Below are positions 33,457 to 42,633 of a stretch of DNA of 64,000 nucleotides, in pieces. Every line of letters starts with the position of its first letter. Within the stretch, counting starts at the first letter, position 1. The stretch is from the NCBI GenBank assembly GCA_963815455.1, contig CAWFGO010000001.1, positions 1,248,001 through 1,312,000 on the forward strand. Reading direction: 5' to 3'. Below the pieces are notes generated by a model. It worked only from the letters and a program-made list of their open reading frames with translations. It did no database searches and was not told the origin of the DNA. A program made the position numbers and the translations under genes. The DNA is from an uncultured Verrucomicrobiae bacterium (GTDB taxonomy: Bacteria; Verrucomicrobiota; Verrucomicrobiia; Chthoniobacterales; UBA10450).

Positions 33457-34517
33457 AGGGATTTTGCGCCGTTGTGTTGATCCAACTCAACCATGATCAG
33501 AGTGCCGCTTCCGGGAGCCCGGCGACCAATGGTGAGTGTACCGCCGATGCAGCGAGCCCGATAATCCATGATTTGTAATCCCATGCCGCTCCGCCTTTGC
33601 GACGGCTGAGGAATTCCGATGCCGTCGTCGGCGATCGTCAGCTTTAACTCTCCGTTACGTTCCCGTAGCGTCATAATAATCTCTCTGGCATGCCCGTGTT
33701 TAACCGCATTGTTGGCGGCTTCTTGAGCGATCCGGTACAAGTGAATGGCGATGCCCGGGTCGATCGCGCTCGCTGGTCCATCGTAAACGACACGGCATTC
33801 GATCTTGAACGAGTCGCTCATCAGCTGACAGAGCTCCTCCAAGGACCGGCATAAGCCTTCGGCCCGGAGTGTCGCCGGGAACAAACCGCGGGCCACGTTG
33901 CGGACTTCTGTTAAAGCTCGATCGACGAGGCCGGTGATCTCGCGGGCCTGGACTGCTTGCGGGAGCGATTCCTGCTCAAGGCGGCGGGCAAGCAAATCGA
34001 GACTGCAGGCTATGCCGACAAGATCCTGCGCTACTTCGTCATGCAGGTCCTGGCCAAGCCGCTCGCGCTCCGATTCGCTGATGTTAATGATGTCGTGCTC
34101 GAGTCGCTGGCGAACGGTAATTTCGCTCGTTAATGCGGCGCTCTGCTCGCGAACAGTTCCTTCCAGGTTCGAGGTCAAGGCTCGGATCTTCGAAAGCAAC
34201 AGACTAACGATCACAAAGAATCCCAGGCGCACCAGGGCGTTCCAATATTCAATCCAGGGTTGCGAATAACGCACTCCTTGTAACCGTTCCAGAGCGAACC
34301 AGACGATGGCGCTCAGAATCGAAACCCAAATGCCGCAGACCCGGCCTCCGAACCAGGCCGCCAGTCCTACAGCGGCAAGATATGAGATGGAAAAGGATAT
34401 CTCGGTGCCGGTGAAATAATCGAGGCCGGCTATGCCGGCCAGGACCATCAGCGCTAGGGCGAGTGCGCCAAAGGTGCTTCCCGGCCTCAGATAATTGACG
34501 ATCGTTGCGCGAATCAT
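33453..34517 (-). CDS. Membrane sensor histidine kinase (HisKA_3, NarX/UhpB-like)
   Basis: N-terminal TM region, ERERLGQDLHD, RIAQEAANNAVKHG, DDGIG, GMGL..M..RA; overlaps the regulator start by 4 bp. Confidence 0.93.
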   Translation of the reverse strand: MIRATIVNYLRPGSTFGALALALMVLAGIAGLDYFTGTEISFSISYLAAVGLAAWFGGRVCGIWVSILSAIVWFALERLQGVRYSQPWIEYWNALVRLGFFVIVSLLLSKIRALTSNLEGTVREQSAALTSEITVRQRLEHDIINISESERERLGQDLHDEVAQDLVGIACSLDLLARRLEQESLPQAVQAREITGLVDRALTEVRNVARGLFPATLRAEGLCRSLEELCQLMSDSFKIECRVVYDGPASAIDPGIAIHLYRIAQEAANNAVKHGHAREIIMTLRERNGELKLTIADDGIGIPQPSQRRSGMGLQIMDYRARCIGGTLTIGRRAPGSGTLIMVELDQHNGAKSL

Positions 34518-34627
34518 CGCTCGTTACGAGCTCCCCCGGGGCAAGTGGTGTCCCCCGCTGCCGTGAGCGATTTCACGCTCGCGCAGTAGTTCCGTCAAGC
34601 CGGAATCTCGCGGTTTTCAACCCTCAA

Positions 34628-34712
34628 CGGAGGGACGTGCCTCGTAGGGAGGTGATTCCTCACGTCCGGGACGCACATTCTTCGTCTTGCGGCCGACACG
34701 GCCGCCTCTACA
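34628..34712. repeat. Composite REP-like element (family C plus family D GCGGCCGACACGGCCGCCTCTACA)
   Basis: Family D also at 39453-39476 and 56748-56771. Confidence 0.75.
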
Positions 34713-34730
34713 TCGAACATCAAATGGCGA

Positions 34731-34778
34731 AAAGAGCATTCCCGCAGCCAGGGACCCAGCCATCCCCGGCCACGGGAA
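34731..34778 (-). terminator. Putative intrinsic terminator after the 1356-aa gene
   Basis: Sense strand TTCCCGTGGCCGGGGA-loop-TCCCTGGCTGCGGGAA followed by TGCTCTTTT. Confidence 0.6.
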
Positions 34779-34790
34779 CAACATCCGTTG

Positions 34791-37700
34791 TTAGGGAGGG
34801 CTCTGCGATTTCACCAGCGACACATCGGCGCTGCTGATCGAGCCGTTCACGTTCACATCGCTCCGGAAGGTTGTGCCATCCACCGTTTGGCCAAGTCGCG
34901 ATTTGGTCTGGGTGATATCGGACGAATCGACCTGGGTATCTCCATTGGTATCGCCAAGGAGCACGCGCATTGGAATCGTGACATCGTTCGAAACGCCAGC
35001 GCTGGGCGTGTTCACCCCGTTTAGCCTGACATTTATGACCTGGGCATTAGTAACATTGGTGAGCGGTATCGTGACCGTGTTTCCGCTAATGGAAACCGTT
35101 CCGCTCATGTCGCAGGTTCCGCCGGTACCGACGCAGCCTGTGCCCGCCGTCAGTTCAGCTTGAGGAGTGCCGGTGATCGCGACCGGTCCATCGAACGTGA
35201 CGACGATGGTGTGATCGTTCGTCAGGCCGCCCGAGCGGCATTCGATGCCGGGGCTTCCGGTCAACGGGAGATCGACGTTGAAGGTCCCAGCGCCGCCATG
35301 GGTCTTGGCTGAGACAGCACTTACAACCATGGGCGGTGTCGGGGTAGGCGTCGGGCAAGGCAGCGTGCTTTGACCCGTAACCAAAATATCGTCAACCGCC
35401 CAGTACCAATCCCAGCCCGATTGATACCGGAAGCGAACCATTAAGTTCGGCTGGCCCGCGTATGCATTGAGATTAATCGATGCGTTGGCGAAGGCGGCGG
35501 CCGATCCGACAGTCGCAGTATTGTAGGTTTGAACTGTAGTCCAGGTTGTGCCGCCATCAGTCGAAATGCCCACAGTCGCCACCGTGGTCGCGAGCCACCT
35601 CAGGTAATGCTTAAAGGTGAGCGTCACGCTGCTATATCCGGCTGCGCTGAAGGAAGGTGAAATCAGGCTCGTATCTCCAGTTACGCCACTGCCAGCCATG
35701 TCCGAATTGGCCATGATGAACATGGTGCCCGAATTACCAGTGAATGTATCGGTGCTATAGACGTACCCGGTGGGCCGGAGTGTCCAAATTACCAAACTCG
35801 GATTCGTGCCGCCGACGGAATTGTTGACTGCCGTCCATGAGCCGAAGCCGCCCTCTAAGTCCTGGCTCAAGAGAGTATCAAGCGATCCGGGTTGTCCGAC
35901 GACGCTAATGGAAGCCGAGGCCATGCCGCTACCCGCCCCGGGGCAGCCATTGGTGATGCTAAATGAGGCCGTGTTGTTCAACGTCGAGCCGCACGTATCA
36001 ACCGTTGTCGCACTAACGACGTGTGCCTGCGTCATGGCATTACCAGCAAGGGTGCTGGGGCTGTATTGCAAGCTCTGGCTCGGCGGAGCGCCAACAACGG
36101 ACCAGCCGGGATCGGTCGCGCCGGCATCGATCATCCAGTCAACTCCGGGTGCGGCCGGCAAGTTGTCCGACACCGCGAGCCCCAAGGCGGTGTTCGCGGT
36201 CGTATTAGTGAGCTTCACAACAAATCCGACCTGGTTGCCGTAATTGACCGTCGCTGCATCGGCGAGCTTGCTGATGGTGACGCTGGCAATAGCCGGTCCG
36301 CCGTAGGAGGTCTGCTCGTCTGCGCCAATGTCAGGCGTGCACGGCTGGCGCATGTCGTTATCAAAGTCGGTGGTGATGCCGGTGATCGGCGTAGCCATGG
36401 CGATGCAGGGGCTGCCTGGCATGAGGTGCAGATTGACCATCGTCGCGTCTCCGTTCGCATTAACAAACAACGAATCAGTGGATATGCTGTTCGCATCCTG
36501 CCCGCTGGCCGTTTGCCAATTGGCGAGGGTAGTTTGATCGATTCCGCCGATTAAGCCGACAAAACCGCCGGTTCCAGACGCATACAGGTCATTATAATTG
36601 GAAGTGAACCCGGGGCCGCTCAGCGCGATGGCGTAATGCTTGCCGGTTCCAACGCCGTTGCTGCGGGCGTTCCAAAAGATATTGTCGATGTACGAGCGAG
36701 CGCCGGAAGTCACGTTGCTGACAAAGCCGAACGTGTTGCTGGCATCCGCCACGCCGGTGCCGCCGAGATAAACGCTGTTAAAATACAGATTATTGGCTCC
36801 GGCAATCTCAAACATTCCATAAATCTGGTAGCCGGTCGAAATCGAGTTCCCCGCTGCATCAATGCCCAAACTAACCATGTTGTTCTTATAAGTGCCCGTG
36901 CCCGCTACCGGAAGAATGCCGACCAACTGACACGTTGTCGCAGTCGAGGTGATCGAGAGCGAATGCACAAAATTCCGTTCGACCACGTTCGCCGTGGCCG
37001 ACGGGAAGCTGCCGTAAAGCGCATAAATAGAATTACTGGCGGTGCCCGAGTTGTTGCTGAGAGAATGAATGACGTTTTGTGAAATGATATTTGGGCCACC
37101 CGTGGTTGACGTTGAGCTCAAGATCATACCGCTGACGACGATCGTGCTGGCCAGATTGGAATTACCCGAAATATTTTGGATGGTATTTCCGGTTGCGTGC
37201 AAGACTCCCAGGCTATTCTGAACGGCATACATGGCATAACCCCCAACCAGAGAATCGGTGATACCACCGGCCCCGCTCCCTCCTATCTGGTTGTTGTTAA
37301 GCGTGGCGGTGGCAGCTGAAGATGTATTGAACAAAACCGCTCTGAACCCTCCGGTCCCTGTCCCCGTCCCGTTGATCGTTATCGCTCCGATCCTGTTATT
37401 CGAAATCGTATTCGAGCTTGAGGTAAAGTCGTAGATCGCGGTCATCCCGCCGGTCGAGCTCTCTGTGAAGGTAATCGTTGATGACCCGTCCAGGCTCCCG
37501 ATTTGGTTGCCGGTGATGTTCCCGACGTCCCATCGGCCTGCCGCGATGTAGATGCCACGGAATGCTGATCCGCTGCCGGTTCCTGTGCTGGCCGTGCTCT
37601 GGACGATCCCCGAAATCGTATTGTTCTGAATACTCGACCCCGTTACCGTGCTGGAGCTGGTCAGATTCAACCCAACGAATATGTTGGAGCCGCCACTGAT

Positions 37701-38861
37701 CGATGTGGTTCCGGTCCCGTTGGCCGCACCGAAGCCGATTGTATTTCCGGTAATGGTAGCGGTCCCGGCTCCGGTCCCAATTGAGCAAAGGATGCCGGAA
37801 TAAGTCGCACTCACCGTGAAGGTGCGCGGCGCGGTCTGGTAAATTCGGTTATTGGAGACGGTCGCGTTCGTCGTGTTGGCCTGGAGGCTGATACCCGCCG
37901 CGGTACTGACCGCCGCCTGGAAGAAGTCAAAGATATTATTGTTATCGATGATATTGCCGGTGTTGTTGTTCGGGCTGGCCGTTCCAAGCGACATCACACC
38001 TTTGGTCGGCAGATTGGCGCCGGCCGGACCGATGTTGTTATTCGAAATCGTGTTGCTGCTATTGGCCCCACCCGTCGAGGTGCTGATCAGGATGTTGCCG
38101 CCTGCCACGGTAGTTGACGCCGTTGACGAACCGAGCACGGAGCAGTTCGTGATCGTATTGTTTTGTGCGCCGTTGATGAGGCGGATTGTGCTGGTGCCGG
38201 CGGTGGCCGCAACCGTCGTGTTCGAAATCGTCAAGGAATTGCCGCCCGTGTTTAAGCCGTCGATCGTGACGTTGGTCGCGCCATTCAGATTGATCAACGG
38301 ACTGCCGGCTGTAACCGCGGCGGAGACTGTCCTCGCGCCCGATGGCGTGATCGTAACCGACGTGTACCCACCCGCCCCGGTCAAAGACGCCCCGCCTACC
38401 GGCTCAGTGGTGTCGTTACAGATGCCGATCATGACGGTGCCGGTGTGCGTTCCGGCATTAATCGCGGTAAAAGCGTCTGCGAGCGTGGCGTAATCGGCAT
38501 CGTTGCCGCTGTTGGTCGCTTCCACCCGCACGTTGCCGGCGCCGCAGGTCACCACTCTCGGCGTCCGCGGAGCATCAGACAGGCGCTTGATTGCCGCGTT
38601 CGCGCTGGCTTGAAATGCGGGTTGTTGACCGGCGACCGCGGAAGCTTTTTGCGCCTCCATTTCCGCAGCCTCTTTGGCAACTTGAGTCGCTTTGGCAGTA
38701 GCATCAATCACTGGAGCCATCGCGGGCGCATTGATTGGATGTATCGCCGGCTTCGCCTTAGCGGTCGCGTACACGGTGACAAACGATGCGGCAAGCAATG
38801 CCACGATGGCAACACTGCTGAGCATTAGTTTCAGATTTGGCTGTAGGAACTTTGTTTTCAT
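34791..38861 (-). CDS. Large secreted protein (1356 aa): beta-helix, DUF11-like Ig domain, cleaved-adhesin/choice-of-anchor-J-like domain, SAKTHG domain plus dockerin type I
   Basis: MKTK signal peptide; NNxI-rich repeats; TPDIGADE; ISK.AD..TV..G....F...LTN; LISPSF..RFRY..WAVDDI; GDTNGDTQVDSSD...DVNVNGSISSAD. Confidence 0.9.
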   Translation of the reverse strand: MKTKFLQPNLKLMLSSVAIVALLAASFVTVYATAKAKPAIHPINAPAMAPVIDATAKATQVAKEAAEMEAQKASAVAGQQPAFQASANAAIKRLSDAPRTPRVVTCGAGNVRVEATNSGNDADYATLADAFTAINAGTHTGTVMIGICNDTTEPVGGASLTGAGGYTSVTITPSGARTVSAAVTAGSPLINLNGATNVTIDGLNTGGNSLTISNTTVAATAGTSTIRLINGAQNNTITNCSVLGSSTASTTVAGGNILISTSTGGANSSNTISNNNIGPAGANLPTKGVMSLGTASPNNNTGNIIDNNNIFDFFQAAVSTAAGISLQANTTNATVSNNRIYQTAPRTFTVSATYSGILCSIGTGAGTATITGNTIGFGAANGTGTTSISGGSNIFVGLNLTSSSTVTGSSIQNNTISGIVQSTASTGTGSGSAFRGIYIAAGRWDVGNITGNQIGSLDGSSTITFTESSTGGMTAIYDFTSSSNTISNNRIGAITINGTGTGTGGFRAVLFNTSSAATATLNNNQIGGSGAGGITDSLVGGYAMYAVQNSLGVLHATGNTIQNISGNSNLASTIVVSGMILSSTSTTGGPNIISQNVIHSLSNNSGTASNSIYALYGSFPSATANVVERNFVHSLSITSTATTCQLVGILPVAGTGTYKNNMVSLGIDAAGNSISTGYQIYGMFEIAGANNLYFNSVYLGGTGVADASNTFGFVSNVTSGARSYIDNIFWNARSNGVGTGKHYAIALSGPGFTSNYNDLYASGTGGFVGLIGGIDQTTLANWQTASGQDANSISTDSLFVNANGDATMVNLHLMPGSPCIAMATPITGITTDFDNDMRQPCTPDIGADEQTSYGGPAIASVTISKLADAATVNYGNQVGFVVKLTNTTANTALGLAVSDNLPAAPGVDWMIDAGATDPGWSVVGAPPSQSLQYSPSTLAGNAMTQAHVVSATTVDTCGSTLNNTASFSITNGCPGAGSGMASASISVVGQPGSLDTLLSQDLEGGFGSWTAVNNSVGGTNPSLVIWTLRPTGYVYSTDTFTGNSGTMFIMANSDMAGSGVTGDTSLISPSFSAAGYSSVTLTFKHYLRWLATTVATVGISTDGGTTWTTVQTYNTATVGSAAAFANASINLNAYAGQPNLMVRFRYQSGWDWYWAVDDILVTGQSTLPCPTPTPTPPMVVSAVSAKTHGGAGTFNVDLPLTGSPGIECRSGGLTNDHTIVVTFDGPVAITGTPQAELTAGTGCVGTGGTCDMSGTVSISGNTVTIPLTNVTNAQVINVRLNGVNTPSAGVSNDVTIPMRVLLGDTNGDTQVDSSDITQTKSRLGQTVDGTTFRSDVNVNGSISSADVSLVKSQSPP

Positions 38862-38878
38862 AGACGAGGTCTCTCTAA

Positions 38879-39072
38879 CTTTCTAAGACAGGAGGGTTTG
38901 CCGCAGGCACGTCAATTCAGCGCGCCCAAGCAGCGATACGCAATGGAGGATTGAGGACTTCAGATGCTTTATTCGGATTAAACAGGCAGAAAGAAATCTC
39001 TCTGCCCGGCGCACGTTTGTGGGCTGTTTTGCCTTTAAATGTCAAGACAAATGCGCTCGCTATGACTAACAA
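38879..39072 (-). promoter_or_regulatory. Conserved promoter plus structured 5' leader, copy 2
   Basis: Alignable to 32313-32502; TTGACA -35 box; same motifs and hairpin positions. Confidence 0.75.
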
Positions 39073-39245
39073 CTTTTGTGGTCTCAAAAGAGCGCTGACC
39101 GAGCGATCCGGCACCGGGCTGGGTGGTAAGACCTTCGTTACCTCCTGTTTAGAAACTCCGTTCATCTGCTAATTCTGTCTGGATATCTCCAAGGAAAGCA
39201 GGAATAGACCGGAAAATAGGACTGGCTGAGCATGCCCCTAGCGCC

Positions 39246-39476
39246 CAACTCTCAACTCTCAACCTTCAACTTCTTCCTACAGAAGAATGCCGCGGATGAC
39301 GCAGATGTCGCCGATTACACCACTCGGAGGGACGTGATTCTTCACGTCCAGGACGCGACCACTACGGCAGTTAGACTTCAGCGCATCCCTCCGAACCTCA
39401 AACATCCGACGTGGTGTAGTGGTGGGCGTGCCGCCCATACATTCTTCGTCTCGCGGCCGACATGGCCGCCTCTACA
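39246..39476. repeat. Cluster of REP-like elements (CTCAACT heptamers, families C and D)
   Basis: CAACTCTCAACTCTCAAC (also near 32777), CGGAGGGACGTG, GCGGCCGACATGGCCGCCTCTACA. Confidence 0.7.
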
Positions 39477-39484
39477 TCAACGCC

Positions 39485-40276
39485 TCAATCAGCCAGACCA
39501 ATCGCGCTGCCGATGTTATCGTCGTCAGTCAGTTGCTTGAGCATAAAATCCGCGACGTCACCCCGCGAGATCCGTCCGCCAAGAATGAAATTTCCGACAT
39601 TCGAACCGTGTCGGTAGGTGCCGCGCGCAGGACCGTTCGTTAGCGTAGCTGGTCTCACGATTACCCAATCGGTATCGCTTTCCTCGATCAGTTTTTCCTG
39701 CCGGACTTTGTCCCAGAAAATGAAGGGCAGAATCAACGGAACCACGAAGAACGTAGCCAGGATTCCCAGGCGGCCAGCGCTGTTTCCGACGCCCATCGAA
39801 CTCTCGCATATCAAACGCGGCACATTGCACACCCGCATCGCCCGCAGAATGTTCTCGGTCCCTTTCGACAAAATTCGGGTGGGATAAAAAAAGCGTTTGT
39901 GTCCAAGCGCGCACAGCACTGCGCTCTGGCCGCGCATGGCTGATTCCACCGACGCATAGTCGAGCACGTTGCCTTGGGCAACTCTCAGATTCGGGTGCTC
40001 GACCTTGAGTTTTTTTGGCTTGCGCACGAATGCCGTTACCTGATGGCCCTGCTCCAAAGCCTGGCGCACAAGTTCGCGCCCAGTCCCGCCAGTTGCGCCA
40101 ATTACCAAAACGCTCAAACGGTTGCCCCAGCCACGCGAAACCGCCTTATCGCTTTTGCGCTTCGGCGCCCTGCGGGCCAGCGCGATCAACAGAATAAAGG
40201 CGTATAACAAAAATACTGCCAGGATTACGCCCTTCACGGCCCAAGAAACATTAGTGCCGATCAAACACAGATTCAT
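39485..40276 (-). CDS. NAD(P)H-binding oxidoreductase (flavin reductase/BVR-B-like SDR) with N-terminal TM segment
   Basis: VIGATGGTGR, DWVIVRP..LT, ISRGDVADFML. Confidence 0.88.
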   Translation of the reverse strand: MNLCLIGTNVSWAVKGVILAVFLLYAFILLIALARRAPKRKSDKAVSRGWGNRLSVLVIGATGGTGRELVRQALEQGHQVTAFVRKPKKLKVEHPNLRVAQGNVLDYASVESAMRGQSAVLCALGHKRFFYPTRILSKGTENILRAMRVCNVPRLICESSMGVGNSAGRLGILATFFVVPLILPFIFWDKVRQEKLIEESDTDWVIVRPATLTNGPARGTYRHGSNVGNFILGGRISRGDVADFMLKQLTDDDNIGSAIGLAD

Positions 40277-40357
40277 TTTCTTCGGTGCTCACGCTCGCGC
40301 GCGCGCGCGTAATCGCAAGCCATACTCAATACGCTGGCACTGTGACGGAGCACTCAA

Positions 40358-41029
40358 CTACCTGTCGCCCGCCGCAGCATACTTTGGGTCTTTCACCTGT
40401 TTGCGCACTGCTTCGAAGAGCCGGCTGATTCCCGTCTGGCTTGCGCGATTGGCAATGAACGCTGGAATCATTCCACCGCTATCGGTGTAAACAGAGTAGC
40501 TCGCCCGAGTCTTGAGTGGGCCATCCGGCTCGAGCAGCCAGCTGCCGTCGCAAACCTTGACCCGTACAACGCCTTCCTTTTCCGGCGGCCCGAGGTCATT
40601 GGCTTGCGCCCATCGGCTCATGAAAACCATACCGCCCGGACCAGGCCACGATTTGTTCCAAACCCGCAGTGTGTAATCGCGATCTGCGCAAATCTTGGGC
40701 GAAATTCGTTGATAACTGACGATGGCATCCCGTTCGCGTTTAATCAGCCGGCACTCGACAGTGTACGGCATAAAATCTGGATAATTTGTGAAGTCGTCGA
40801 TCACTGCGTGCACAGCGCAGGTTGGTGCGTCAACTGAGCCAATGGCCTTGAATTCCTTAAGCGGAGAACCCGCTCGCCGCCGGACGTAAATGGCGACCTG
40901 CTTCGTTTCGTGTGCCAGCTTCCAGCCGTCGTTCGGATCTACGTTGGTAAGGTCATCCCCGGACGCTTTCGGGATCGTGCCGGCAAGGAGTAAGATCGGC
41001 AGGAACAGACAAAAAATCGGGCGGCGCAC
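40358..41029 (-). CDS. Secreted START/SRPBCC-domain lipid-binding protein
   Basis: Signal peptide from GTG 41029; WKL, DRDY, GVVRV, GSWLLEP, DSGGMIPAFIAN. Confidence 0.8.
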   Translation of the reverse strand: MRRPIFCLFLPILLLAGTIPKASGDDLTNVDPNDGWKLAHETKQVAIYVRRRAGSPLKEFKAIGSVDAPTCAVHAVIDDFTNYPDFMPYTVECRLIKRERDAIVSYQRISPKICADRDYTLRVWNKSWPGPGGMVFMSRWAQANDLGPPEKEGVVRVKVCDGSWLLEPDGPLKTRASYSVYTDSGGMIPAFIANRASQTGISRLFEAVRKQVKDPKYAAAGDR

Positions 41030-41078
41030 CGCGGAGTATAAGCAATTTTTGCGCTTATCGCCACCGTCGTCCGCACAG

Positions 41079-41152
41079 TTAACTCCAGAGATCACTAAGA
41101 ATATGGAAAAACCCTTTAAAACTCTGTGCACTCTGTGTCCTCTGCGGTTAAA
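41079..41152. repeat. Palindromic element family F (…CAGAGATCAC…CTCTGTGTCCTCTG(C/T)GGT)
   Basis: Related copy at 45799-45860. Confidence 0.6.
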
Positions 41153-41193
41153 GATTACGGGACGTTATGTCGCTCCTCAAACTCAAACTCTAA

Positions 41194-42630
41194 ATGGCCC
41201 CGCCACCCACCATTCTTATTGTCGATGATGAGAAGCACACCCGTGACGGGCTTCGCCGGCTGCTCGAAAACAATTACGACGTTTACGTCGCGGCCGACAT
41301 TGCCGGCGCGATCAACGTCCTCGAACGCGAGCATGTGGATGTTCTCCTCACCGATCTCCGCCTGGGTGGCGAAGATGGGATGACTTTGATCGAGCGCGCG
41401 CTGAAAACGCCGCATCCTCCGATCGCGATCATGATGACCGCCTACGGCACTGTCGATGTTGCCGTCGAAGCGATGAAGCGCGGCGCCTACGACTTTGTCA
41501 CGAAGCCGCTTAACCTCGACAAAGTGGAAATGCTCATCGCCCGGGCGGTGCAAAGTCGAAAGCTGGAACAGGAAAATCGCACGTTGCGGCAACAGGTCGA
41601 TGAACGCTACGGCTTGGAGAACATCATCGGCGAATCGCCGGCTCTGCGTGAAGTGCTCGACACCATTCGCCAGGTCGCCCCTTCTTCGGCCAACGTCCTG
41701 ATCGAAGGCGAGAGTGGAACGGGCAAGGAGTTGGCCGCGCACGCCATCCATAATTTGAGCCGGCGTAGCCAGGCGAAATTTGTCACGGTTCATTGTGCTG
41801 CGCTTTCGCCGACGCTCCTCGAGAGCGAATTGTTCGGCCACGAAAGGGGCGCGTTCACCGGCGCGCACGAACGGCGAATCGGGCGTTTCGAGCAAGCCAG
41901 CGGAGGCACGATTTTTCTCGATGAAATCGCGGAGATCAATCCGAGCACGCAGGTCAAATTGCTGCGAGTGATCAGCGAAGAGCGCGCCTTCGAGCGCGTG
42001 GGTGGCAATCAAACGTTAAAGGCGGACGTTCGACTCATCGCCGCGACGAACAAGAATCTGGAAACGCTCGTGCGGGAAGGAACATTTCGGGACGATCTTT
42101 TTTTCCGGCTCAACGTCGTCCGCATCACGATGCCCCCGCTGCGCGACCGGAAAGACGACATTCCGCTTCTCGTGCGCACATTTTTGCGGCATTTCTCGAA
42201 AGCGAATGAGAAAAAAGTTGTCGATCTTGTCGCCGACGCGATGAACGCCCTCCTTACTTATGATTGGCCCGGCAACGTGCGAGAATTGCGCACCGCGATC
42301 GAGCACGGTGTGGTCATGGCCACGGGCCCGAAAATTGCCCTGCGCGATCTACCGCCGGCTGTGCGCCAGGCCGCTGGCGCGGCTTTGCCTCGTGGCATCT
42401 CACCGGCAAAAGCATTTGGCGAAAAATCGAGCCCTCTCGATATTCGCGAGACAGAGAGAAAGTTGATATTACAGGCACTTGCCGCGACAAATGGCAACGT
42501 GACCGCAGCCGCAAAGAAACTTGGCATTAGCCGGCGAACTCTTCATCGAAAGATCAACGAAATGAACGCCGGCAAATCCGATGCCGCCGCTCCGGCCTCG
42601 GCCGGGGAACGGAATCAGCTTAAGTCCTGA
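41194..42630 (+). CDS. Sigma54-dependent response regulator (NtrC/AtoC family)
   Basis: REC domain, [31 protein letters not shown], Fis HTH. Confidence 0.96.
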   Translation: MAPPPTILIVDDEKHTRDGLRRLLENNYDVYVAADIAGAINVLEREHVDVLLTDLRLGGEDGMTLIERALKTPHPPIAIMMTAYGTVDVAVEAMKRGAYDFVTKPLNLDKVEMLIARAVQSRKLEQENRTLRQQVDERYGLENIIGESPALREVLDTIRQVAPSSANVLIEGESGTGKELAAHAIHNLSRRSQAKFVTVHCAALSPTLLESELFGHERGAFTGAHERRIGRFEQASGGTIFLDEIAEINPSTQVKLLRVISEERAFERVGGNQTLKADVRLIAATNKNLETLVREGTFRDDLFFRLNVVRITMPPLRDRKDDIPLLVRTFLRHFSKANEKKVVDLVADAMNALLTYDWPGNVRELRTAIEHGVVMATGPKIALRDLPPAVRQAAGAALPRGISPAKAFGEKSSPLDIRETERKLILQALAATNGNVTAAAKKLGISRRTLHRKINEMNAGKSDAAAPASAGERNQLKS

Positions 42631-42633
42631 GCA

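Noticed and set aside
40287..40315. (CG)n run as a Z-DNA or regulatory element
   Set aside because: Looks like a decayed CTCGTG/CTCGTAATCG-type repeat; single short instance
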